64,000 nucleotides of DNA. Origin: Raillietiella orientalis (taxonomy: Eukaryota). The stretch is from positions 62,001 to 126,000 of the forward strand of contig JAYWIR010000075.1 of assembly GCA_036172245.1 (NCBI GenBank), given 5' to 3'. The translations under genes and the position numbers were made by a program. Position 1 is the stretch's first letter. Each line of letters opens with the position of its first letter. This document shows, piece after piece, positions 1 through 9,847 of this stretch. The notes beneath the pieces are model-generated. The model searched no databases, had not been told where the DNA came from, and saw only the letters and a program-made list of their open reading frames with translations.

Positions 1-355
1 TACGCAAAAACGCCTTCTGAGCGGGATTTCTCACGAATCTTGCTTCCGAAAGGCGCTCCTGAGATCGGGGAAGAGGAGAAAAAGTCCCTTGACGAGTCTT
101 TCACGATGGGCGAGATCTTCTCGGCCATCGGAAAGCTCAAGAGGCGAAAGGCTCCAGGGGAGGACGGCCTGTCCGCGGAGTTTTATCATACTTTCGCGGC
201 TGAGCTAACCCCCCTGGTACATCAACTCACCTTGCTGCTACGCGAGGCAGGTGACGTTCCCGCCTCGTTTCGTTCGGCAAAGGTGCGGCTTCTCCCTAAG
301 GGAGGAGATCTGAGGAGCATGAACAACTGGCGTCCCATCACAATAGTGAATGCGG

Positions 356-370
356 ACGCCAAGTTGATAG
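356..370 (+). repeat. Target-site duplication of copy Z (partner at 4756-4770)
   Basis: Exact 15/15 direct repeat ACGCCAAGTTGATAG; the host reading frame DAKLIA is restored on removing the insert. Confidence 0.95.
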
Positions 371-1058
371 TTGCCACCCGGTCACGCCGGGGCGTTTATT
401 AAAAATTCTCTTTGATTCGTGGTACGAGGCCCCACTACGGCCAACTCAACTGGACCTGCCGGGTCGCCGGTACGCAGACCGGCGCGACTCTCCTCGGCAG
501 CGGAAGGGGGTGGGGGAAAAAACAAAAAGAAAAATAAAACATAAAAACAAAAAGATTTAGGAGGATTGGGGAGGGATCACTGACCACTGGGAGGAGGGTC
601 CATCCTTCGCAGGATGCCCTCGAGGTCCGTCCGTATAATTCCCAAGTGGGGCCATCTGGTCACAATCCGCAGGTAGCGGACTGCAAGTACGACTGCATCC
701 CTGTCGTGGCTCGGTCTTCCGACGTTGCTCCAGCACGTCACAATCCCGCGTACGCAGCAAAGTGCAGCCAGGGTAGCGGCTGGACGCAGGGCATCATGCA
801 CGAACAGAAGCCGAAAAACGTCTCTGGGCTGGCTGCCCTCCTGGATTCGTAGGGAGGCACGAAGACGTTCCCACAGGGGTCGGAGGGCAGCACAATCAAC
901 AAGGAGGTGGGGGAGAGTTTCCCGTTCCCCACACCTGATGCAGGTAGGATCTACTCGACCCCTGGTCCAGTGGTGGCGGCGTGCGTTGCAGGGTAGACCC
1001 CAATGCAACAACAGAAGCGCCGACTCCTGCCACTTCAGGGGGAGGATCCTAGAACCAA

Positions 1059-4000
1059 TTAATACCGGAACCACTTCAGGTCATCCGGCTGGATGCCGAG
1101 TAGCTCGCCCCATCTCTGAAGTCCTCTTGGCTGGACACTGGGGGTACTGGCGTCCGCCAGTTCACCCGTGGCCCAGCCGCTGATCAACTTCTCCTTGCCT
1201 GCGATGCGGCAGGAGACTTGCCACCTAGGCTTGCGGCTGCTGGAGAGCGCCCTCCTCAGGAAGGGCATCGCCGTAGCTAGGGGGGTTGTCTCTGCCCACG
1301 TGCTTCTCGCGGGACACTGGAGTATCTTCCGCAGAGTGCAGCGGGAATAGGCGCCGCGTCGCAGGCAGTTCCACATCTCTCCGTTCTTCTGGTTTATCTT
1401 CGCCCACGTGCCAGCTGTCTCCTGCAGGCATGCGGAGGAGTTGGCGGGGCTGCATACCATCCAGCCGTTTTCCTTAGCCAGAGTTGCCATGCGTCCCAGG
1501 AGAAGTCCGCATCTCTTGATCTTCCTGCCACGGCACAGAAGATAGGACGCGAGACCCTCCGTCCCGGATACACGGCTGGCAAGGAGTCGGGCCGGAACGC
1601 ACCAAGGGGTGCTCCATAACTTCGCTGCGATGGCGAGGGTTCGCCACCGCAGCTGAATCTCTACTCGCTCCATCGTCAAGAGGCCGAGACCGCCATCCCG
1701 ACGTGGAGCACACAAGTCCTTCACCGGGACTCGGGGCCTCCCTCTTCCCCAAAGGGCAATTCTCAGGAGGTCCTTTGTCCGTTTTTTCAACTCTCTGGGG
1801 ACGGGGCAAACAAAAAGCAGGGGGCGGAGGATAGGAGCCGCGAACGCGTTCCATACCGCGGCCCGTTCCGGAAGAAGAAACTTGTCTTCCAGAAACGGGC
1901 CGATCGCCGTTTCCACTTTTTGGAGGCAGCCGGACCACGCTTTTGCAGGGGAGTAGTCCCGCAACGGCACACCAAGGTACTTCAAGCACCTCGCCGAGGG
2001 GATCCCCAAGCGGACCCAGTCCGGCTGCCCAGCCCACGCCGCACCGACTGGAACCACCGTCGACTTCGCCCTGTTCACCGTAAGTCCGGTCCCGCGGCTA
2101 AGCAGATCGAAGAAATCCCCGACCACCTTCGCCGGGGTGGACATCGGCAACAGAAGCAAAAGATCGTCGGCGTACGCTGCTACGGCGGGCGTGCCGGGGC
2201 ACGAGCTCTGCAAGGGGGCGAAAGTCACCCTGTACGCTCTCAGCACCAACTCAAAGTAGGTGCTAAAGAGCAGGGGACTAAGGCTGTCGCCCTGCCGTAT
2301 GCCCCGCCGTACCGGCACGCCGTACGCCATTTGACCTCTGAAAGAGATATTGATCAGAGCGCTGCGCCAGCAAGAGCGCAGGTAGGTCAGTAGGGAGGGA
2401 GGGAAGCCCATGCGTCCCAGGAGCTCCAGCAGGAGATCCTGGTCCACGCAGTCAAACGCTTTATGCAGATCGACTGCGATCGCTAGGGCTCCCTTCCCCA
2501 CCTGGGAGTCCTGTCCCTGCCCGGCTGACGCCCCCAAAGCGGGGCTGCCAATCCTTCCCTCTTCCTTTTCTTCACTACTCTGCACATGAAACCATGTGCT
2601 CGCGAAGAAGTGGTTGGCCTCCATACTTCGCCCGGGAACAGCGTAAGTCTGCTGCGGGCTAATTATGGAATTGGCCACCTTCCCCAGACGCGAAGCCCAC
2701 AGTCCGGCGATCAACTTGGCGTCCGTGTTCACAATTGTGATCGGACGCCAGTTGCTGAGTTTCCTGAGGTCTCCTCCTTTCGGAAGGAGCCTCACTCTGG
2801 CTGACCGAAACGAGGCGGGTACATCGCCTTCATCTCGGATCAGCCTAGTCAACTCAAGCACCAGGGGTGCCAACTCTGCCGCGAAGCATTGAAAAAACTC
2901 CGCAGGCAGGCCGTCCTCCCCTAGTGCTTTCCGCCTCTTGAGCCTTTTGATACCGGCGAGAATTTCGCCGGTGGTAAAAGGCTCGTCGAGGCTTTCCTTC
3001 TCCTCCTCCTTTATTGTCGGGGCACCGTTCGGAAGCAAGCGCCGAGAGGCATCTTGGTCCGGGGGCTCCCTGGCGTAAAGGGAGGAATAATAACGCCGCA
3101 CGAGGTGCCGTATTCTAGCCGGAGCCGAGTGCTCCCGGCCCTGGTCGTCCAGCAAGCTGGGCGATCCGGATTGCCAGGCTTGACGTTCGGCCCCGGCTCG
3201 GTACTCTGCCAGGCGACGGTCGGCGAGTTCGGCCGCGAGCTCTTCCGCCGCCTGCTGGAAGGCGGCCTCGTCGATCGCGGCGAGCGCATCGCGCGGTTCC
3301 CCCTCTGTTTGCACAGAGGGTTCGCCTTCCGTGATCGCGTTATCGTCGGCGTCGACGCGGGGGATATCTCCCCCGGTGGCGGTCTCGGGTACATCCACAC
3401 GCTCCAAAGCGACCGAACATTCGCGGATCAACGCGCGGCGTTGTCTCCTATTTAAAGGAGACGTCGCGGGTTCCGCTGTCGAGTCTTCGGTTTTCTTTGT
3501 TTTCTTGGCTTTAGGCTTCGCCTTCTGCCAGCCTTCGCTCTTTTCAGCGTCGTCGGTAGATTCCACGACCGTCGTTTGCTGCACGGGCTCGGGGTCCGGC
3601 TGTGGGTTCCGCCTCACGGGTGCCTTCGCAGGCTTTTCCGTAGCCCCCGCGCGTTTCCCTTTGGCCTTTTTCAAGGCAGCTGGAGCCGGGGGTTCGCGCT
3701 TCGGGCACACTTTGCGGAGGTGGCCCTTCTCTCCACAGTGGAAACACTGGATGTGGGGGCACCGCTTTTTCAGGTGCCCTGTGGCATCACAGTGTCCACA
3801 GTACTTGGGCTTGCCCACGTACCAGACGTCGACGGTCTCGTTGCCGACGTCTAGTTTGTGGGGTAGCCCACCGTTTTCGTGGACGGTTACACGCGCACCA
3901 GCCATGCCACTAAACAGTCTTCCGTAACTCTGGAAGACGTTGGGCTTGGTCCATAGCGCGTGAACCGTTCCGTATTTTCCGAGTTCCTCCTGCACGTCGG

Positions 4001-4667
4001 CTTTCGACATGCGGAGGGTGACTCCCGTGAGGTGCGTCACCACGGAGCGATCCTCCGTTACCGGGAAAACCTTTCGGCCTTCCAGTGTGATTGGCGTATT
4101 CAGAAGATGTTGAGCAAGGCTTGCATTTCTGCAAGTCACCTCCACCCGTTGACCACCACTCAACACGGAAAGACCTTCCAGGTCTTCCTCTTTTACGTTC
4201 AACCGCTGCAACTCCCTTTCGAAGTTGCGAGCGGTGTTCCCGACAAACAGATTGCCTACCTTGTATATCAGGGACGGCTTGTATCCCTGCTCCAGGTAGG
4301 CTTTCTGCTCGGCGAGGGCTGCAGGAGATGGGGCTGCAGCCACTGAACTCCAGGTCTTCGGCGATGCCGAAGACGCATTCGAGGGTGCAGGTGCTCCCTT
4401 TTTCAAGGAGGCGGTTGCGCCCTTTTCCAGGGTTGCGGTTGTCCCCTTTTTCAAGGGGGCGGTTGCACCCTGTTCCAGCGGGGCTTTTGCCCCCTTTTTC
4501 AAGGGGGCCTTTGCCCTCGCTTCCGAGGCGGCGGTTGCCCCCTTTTTCAGGGGTGCGGCTGCCGTCGCCTCCGTGGGGGCGGTTGCCCCCACCTCCGTGG
4601 GTTGGGGAGAGGAGCAAGCCTCTCCCCCTCCTATATCCATCGCGGTGTCCTCAGGCATTTCTGCCAT
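1059..4667 (-). CDS. Fused ORF1 (gag-like, CCHC knuckles)-reverse transcriptase polyprotein of copy Z
   Basis: ORF 1059..4700 (first ATG at 4667): CGHCDATGHLKKRC and CFHCGEKGHLRKVC knuckles, then directly the RT motifs (DLHKAFD, GIRQGDSLSP, YADD, KYLG). A frameshift near 1070 separates the C-terminal CCHC segment (577..1074). Confidence 0.85.
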   Translation of the reverse strand: MAEMPEDTAMDIGGGEACSSPQPTEVGATAPTEATAAAPLKKGATAASEARAKAPLKKGAKAPLEQGATAPLKKGTTATLEKGATASLKKGAPAPSNASSASPKTWSSVAAAPSPAALAEQKAYLEQGYKPSLIYKVGNLFVGNTARNFERELQRLNVKEEDLEGLSVLSGGQRVEVTCRNASLAQHLLNTPITLEGRKVFPVTEDRSVVTHLTGVTLRMSKADVQEELGKYGTVHALWTKPNVFQSYGRLFSGMAGARVTVHENGGLPHKLDVGNETVDVWYVGKPKYCGHCDATGHLKKRCPHIQCFHCGEKGHLRKVCPKREPPAPAALKKAKGKRAGATEKPAKAPVRRNPQPDPEPVQQTTVVESTDDAEKSEGWQKAKPKAKKTKKTEDSTAEPATSPLNRRQRRALIRECSVALERVDVPETATGGDIPRVDADDNAITEGEPSVQTEGEPRDALAAIDEAAFQQAAEELAAELADRRLAEYRAGAERQAWQSGSPSLLDDQGREHSAPARIRHLVRRYYSSLYAREPPDQDASRRLLPNGAPTIKEEEKESLDEPFTTGEILAGIKRLKRRKALGEDGLPAEFFQCFAAELAPLVLELTRLIRDEGDVPASFRSARVRLLPKGGDLRKLSNWRPITIVNTDAKLIAGLWASRLGKVANSIISPQQTYAVPGRSMEANHFFASTWFHVQSSEEKEEGRIGSPALGASAGQGQDSQVGKGALAIAVDLHKAFDCVDQDLLLELLGRMGFPPSLLTYLRSCWRSALINISFRGQMAYGVPVRRGIRQGDSLSPLLFSTYFELVLRAYRVTFAPLQSSCPGTPAVAAYADDLLLLLPMSTPAKVVGDFFDLLSRGTGLTVNRAKSTVVPVGAAWAGQPDWVRLGIPSARCLKYLGVPLRDYSPAKAWSGCLQKVETAIGPFLEDKFLLPERAAVWNAFAAPILRPLLFVCPVPRELKKRTKDLLRIALWGRGRPRVPVKDLCAPRRDGGLGLLTMERVEIQLRWRTLAIAAKLWSTPWCVPARLLASRVSGTEGLASYLLCRGRKIKRCGLLLGRMATLAKENGWMVCSPANSSACLQETAGTWAKINQKNGEMWNCLRRGAYSRCTLRKILQCPARSTWAETTPLATAMPFLRRALSSSRKPRWQVSCRIAGKEKLISGWATGELADASTPSVQPRGLQRWGELLGIQPDDLKWFRY
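4395..4586 (-). repeat. Coding minisatellite, 8 x 24 bp (ATAPLKKG-like), in ORF1 of copy Z
   Basis: ATAPTEAT AAAPLKKG ATAASEAR AKAPLKKG AKAPLEQG ATAPLKKG TTATLEKG ATASLKKG. Confidence 0.9.
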
Positions 4668-7114
4668 TGGACACCGCAGATGCTTCACACACAAACACAA
4701 AAGAAACCAAACGCTTTACACCAGGCGCGGAGGAGCGCTACAAAAACACTTCCGCACGCCAAGTTGATAGCAGGGCTATGGGCTTCGCGTCTGGGGCAGG
4801 TGGCAGAATCCGTAATTAGCCCGGAGCAGACTTATGCTGTTCCCGGGCGATGTATGGATGCCAACCTCTTCTTCGCAAGCACATGGGTGCACCTGCAGAG
4901 AAGAGAGAAGAAAGGGATAGGGAAAGTCGGAAACCCCACATTGGGGCCGCCAGCCGGGCTGACAAGGGACCATGGGCGGGGAAGGGGGCCTTAGCGCTCG
5001 CAGTCGATCTCCACAAGGCGTTCGACTGTGTAGACCAGGAACTACTCTTGGAGCTCCTGGGTCGCATGGGCTTCCCACCCTCCCTGATTTCCTACCTGCG
5101 CTCTTGCTGGCGGAATGCGATGATCACCGTCTCTTTCAGCGGTCACAAGGTGTATAGCGTGCCGGTGCGGCGGGGCATAAGGCAGGGAGATAGCCTCAGT
5201 CCCCTGCTCTTCAGCACCTACTTTGAGCTGGTGCTGAGAGCGTACAGGGTGACTTTGGCCCCATTGCCGAGTTGGTGCCCCGGCACGCCCGCCGTAGCAG
5301 CGTAAGCCGACGATCTTCTGCTCTTGTTGCCAATGTCCACCTCGGCAAAGGCGGTCGGAGACTTCTTCGATCTGCTCAGCCGCGGGACCGGACTGCAGGT
5401 TAACATGGGGAAGTCATCGGTTGTGCCAATAGGTGCGGCGTGGGCAGGGCAGCAGGACTGGGTCCGTCTGGGGATCCCACGGCGAGGTGCTTCAAGTACC
5501 TTGGTGTGCCGTTGGGGGACTACTCCCCTGCGGAAGCGTGGTCCAGCTGCCTCCAAAAAGTCGAGACGGCGATCGGCCCGTTCCTGGAAGGCAAGTTTCA
5601 CTTGCCGGAACGGGCCGCGGTTTGGAACGCCTTCGCGGCCCCCATCGTCCGCCCCTTGCTTTTTGTTTGCCCCCCCACCGTGGAATCCAAGAAGAGGACG
5701 GAGGACCCCTTCCGTATCGCCCTTTGGGGCAAGGGGAGGCCCCGAGTCCCACTGAAGGACTTGTGCGCTCCGCGTCGGAACGGCGGTCTTGGCCTCCTGA
5801 CGCTGGAGCGCGTGGAGAAGCAGCTGCGGTGGCGAACCCTCGCCATCGCAGCGAAGATGTGGAGCACCCCTTGGTGCACTCCGGCCCGCCTCCTGGCCAG
5901 CCGTGTGTCCCGGTGCGATGGACTCGCGTCTTTTCTTCTGAGCCGTGGCCGGAAGATGCGAAGATGCGGCCTACTACTCGGGCGCATGGCAACATTGGCC
6001 AAGGAGAACAGCTGGATGGTTTGCTGCCCCGCCAACTCCCCCGCCTGGCTGGAGGAGAATATTGGATCGTGGGCAGTGGTTAACCAGAGAAGCCACGAGA
6101 CGTGGAATCGTCTCCGATGCAGCCCCTACGCCCGCTGCACGCTGCGGAATCTCCTGGAGAGTCCAGCAAGATGCACGTGGGCAGAGACGACCTGCCGAGC
6201 TACGGCGCTGCCCTTCCTGAGGAGGGCACTTCACAGCAGCCGGACGCCAAGGTGGCAAGTCTCCTGCTGCATCGAAGGACGCGAGAAGTTGATCAGCGGC
6301 TGGACAACAGGAGAACTGGCCGACGCCACGACCCCGAGCGTCCAGCCGCGAGGATTATGAAGATGGGGCGAGCTGCTCGCCATCCCTACGGATGTGCTGA
6401 AGTGGCCCCCGGTATTAAAGGAATCCAGGATCCTGCCCCTTAAGTGGCAAGAGTCGGCGTTGCTTTTGTTGCACTGGGGTCTACCCTGCAACGCGCGCCG
6501 CTTCCACTGGACGAGGGGAGCTGTGGATCCTGCGTGTGCCAAGTGCGGGGAGCGGGAGTCTCTCCCCCACCTTATTGTGGATTGTGCTGCCCTTCGACCC
6601 CTTTGGGAACGGTTCGGGACGACCCTCGGGCTCCCTACGGGCAGCACCCCCAGAGACGTACTTCGGCCCCTCTTCGTGAAGGACGCACTGCAGCCAGCCG
6701 CAGCCATCGCAGCCTTGTGCTGCGTCCGTGGCATCGTGGCGGCATGGAGCGACGCCAATAACGAAGGAGTGGGTCCACACGCGAGGGATGTCATCCCATA
6801 CGCCCAACGCTTCATGCGGAGAGCTGCCGGATGGCCCCAACTGGGGAATATGCAGACTGACCTCGAGGGCTTCGTTCGACGGATGGGCCCTCCCCACAGC
6901 GACCAGTGATCCCTTCCCCGTCCTCCAACTTCTTTTTGTTTGTTTCTTTTTATTTTTCTTTTTGTCTTATCCCCATCCCCCTTCGCTGTCGGGGAGTGCC
7001 ACGCCGAGCTGCGTCCCGGTGTCCCGACAGGTCGCGTGTTTACGGCCGTGGTGGGGCCTCGTACCACGCATGTAGAGTTTTCAAATAAACGCCCCGGGCG
7101 TACCCGGGTGACAA

Positions 7115-9847
7115 CGCCGAATCCCCGAGGCAGACGTTGCACAGGGAACTGTTCGCAGAACTCCCGGACCGAGTCCTTAAATAGGTCCCAATCCGCGAGA
7201 CTCTGGAGGGTGACGCCTCGCAGGAATTTGCAAAGATGTTCTTTCGCTCCTGACAGGCGCGTCCAGTCCCCTGGCATACGCCAATCCCTGGATGGCGGTC
7301 CCTTGTCGCGCGGGCGCATCTCGAATAATAACCGGGAATGTTCCGACAGCGTCGATCCAAGTGTCCCTCGTTTTCCGACCCGTGTGCACAGGTCTTCGTC
7401 GAGGAAGACGTGGTCCACGCTGCTGACCATCCCGCTTATTTCTGTCAACAAGTTGCGCGCGCTCATGGCGGCGCACAACTCGTTGATCGCGTTCCCCTGT
7501 GCTGCGGGCTGATCTGAGAGCAGACGGACGTTGAAATTCCCTGCTATCAGATGCGCCTTTCGCACGTCCGCGTCCACCAGCCATTCGCGCTTCAAGGTTT
7601 CCAGTAACCCGTTGCGCTGCTGGTATCCCTGTTTACCGCTAGGAGCGTACACATTGGTGACGATGAGGTCGATCGAATCGGACCATCTGAGAATCAGTTG
7701 GCCGATCCGTCCGTCGTCCCCAAAGCGCACGCCCTTCACGGCCGCGTTAATGGCTGGCTTTGGGAAGAACGCGACCCCACAAGTGTTGCGGGCGCCGCAT
7801 CGTCAGTACAACCGCCCTCCCTCGATTGTTTCGATCTGCTGGGCGTCTTTTGCGGTGATCACGTGGATCTCTTGCAAAAGCACCAGGTCGAAATCTCGCA
7901 AGGTGGCGGCTGTATCTCGTCTGTTTCCGTCGTCGCGCAGCCCGTTAACATTCCAACTGGCCGCGCGGATCCGACGGCGACAGGCGAGTCCAGATGTTAT
8001 TCCTGGGAACCTGGCGGGGGTGCTCCCGCCACCTTTTGGGGCGGGTCGCTGGACGGGGTTGGCGTCTTGCCCACCAACTCCCCATCCTTCTGTCGTGCCG
8101 ACGTCTCCGGCTGCCCGTGCGAAGGGGGTGTTGTTCGTACCTGTTGGCCCACATCCATTGGTGCGGGTGGTTCAGGTTCGGCGGTTTCAGAGAGCATTGC
8201 TGACCCCTGGTTACCCTCCTCCATTGGAGTCGCCTCCTCGTCGGCTTCCGCACGTGGGTGATGCCCGACTTGGGCTCCCACGCTGCCATCCACTGGTTCT
8301 TCCACCATTGCATCCCCCTCGCGCGGAGGCGGAATGCACCTTCGGGGTTTCTGGGATTTTCGCCCCGCTTTCCTTGGTGGTGCTTCCGCAGAGGAGGATG
8401 CACTTCCGGCCTCCCGGTCCGACTCACCTGCGGGGGCCACTTTAGCCGCTGCCGGCCTACGCAACCCCTTTCGCGAAGGGTTCTCGCGTTCGGCAAGCGT
8501 TGCCGCAAGCTCCTCGGCGGCCTTCTCGAAGGCTGCGTCCTTGGTTTCGGCGATTTGGTCGTCCGGCTGACCCTCTTCGCAAGCAGGGGGTGGGTTTTCG
8601 CGCGCATTCGTCGCGGCGGGAAAATCGATCGAAGCCGTATCGCCTCCGGTGGTGTCGGCGGGAACGTCAATGCGCTCCAGCGTAACCGTGCATTCTCGGA
8701 GAGTTTTTACGCGCGACACGGATTTAACTTTTGTTCCGTCCGCCGCCTTCTCTCCTTTCTTCGGGACATGCTTGTCCTTTTTCTCTTTTTTGGCTTTGAC
8801 TAGCTGCCAGCCCTGTTCTCCCTCTGCGGTTTTGGTAAGATTTTTCTCAGATGCCGCGCTTGGAGCTTGGGTTATTGGAAGCTTTTCTCGGCCAGTTTCA
8901 CGGTTTTCCAATTTTTCTTTCCCCGCGCGTTTCCCTTGCGCCTTTTTGGCGGCCGAGGAAATTGGGGTGGGGCGTTTAGGGCACACGCGACGGACGTGTC
9001 CCTTCTCCCCGCACAAGTAGCATACGATGTTTGGACACCTCTTTCGGATGTGTCCGACCGCATCGCAGTAGCCGCAATACCGTGGCTTGCCCGCATACCA
9101 GAGGTCTACCGGTTCTCCCGCGACCTCAAGTTTGTGGGGTAGCTTCGCTTCATCTTTTGGGGTTACGCGTGCCGCGGCGAGGCCCCCGAAGTGGCGTCCG
9201 TAGCCCTCAAAGATTGTGGGCTTCGGCTACAGCGCGTGTACGTCCCCGTACTTACTTAATTCTGCTTTTACGGCAGTGCGCGTCATGCGCTTGGATATTC
9301 CTGTCAAGTAGACCACTACCGAGTGGTCCATTGACACCGGGAAGATCTTACGGCCGTCCATGATCAGCGGGGTATTTATAAGGCGATCGGCTAGGCTGAT
9401 GCTCTTGCACACCAGCTCAACCCGCTGCGCCCCGCTGAGCACGCACAGACCTTCCAGATATTCCTCACGGACATTAGCATTTTGAAGCGCTCTGCTGAAA
9501 GAGCGCGCCGTGTTCCCTTCAAACAAAGGGCCTACCTTGTATACAAGCGATGGCTTGTATTCAGAGGCCCGATAGGCGGCTTCCTCGGCCATGGCCTCCG
9601 CACTGGGGGCGGCGACCATTTCACTCCAAGTCTTCGCCGGCTGCGAAGACGTTCCAGGGACTATTGCCCCCATAGCTGTAGGTCTTGTGGTAGGACTTGC
9701 CTTCTCTACAACTACATCCATCGCAGTGTCCTCTGGCACGGCTGCCATCGGACACCGTCGACCCACACTTTACACCTGACTACACTGAAAACTCCGGCTG
9801 CTTCCCAGACAAGCGCTGGCGGAGCGACCAAAAAACACGTACACCCA
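7115..9847 (-). mobile_element. Tx1/L1 copy B: 5' end, ORF1 (with stops) and APE endonuclease, broken at the GFG site by copy A
   Basis: ORF1 from ATG ~9748 to TAA 7997 with CCHC knuckles. EN motifs SWNVNGL, LQEIH, NVYAP, AGNFN, VDHVF and SEH. Confidence 0.92.

Larger units (their letters stand above)
371..4755 (-). mobile_element. Tx1/L1-clade copy Z: both termini present, internally deleted (no endonuclease), inserted antisense into copy A
   Basis: Flanked by the identical 15-bp direct repeat ACGCCAAGTTGATAG at 356-370 and 4756-4770. Family 3' terminal motif at 371-400. Short 5'UTR resembling that of copy B. Confidence 0.95.
1..7114 (+). mobile_element. Tx1/L1-clade non-LTR retrotransposon copy A (ORF2 RT to 3' end; starts before the window; interrupted by copy Z at 371-4755; decayed)
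   Basis: KAPGEDGL..EFY and NWRPITIVNADAKL (40-370) resume after 4770 with EQTYAVPGR, DLHKAFD and RRGIRQGDSLSPLLF. YADD is disrupted by a stop at ~5303. KYLG, GGLGL and C-x2-C..ESLPHL..DC follow. T-rich 3'UTR, AATAAA at 7084. Confidence 0.93.
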
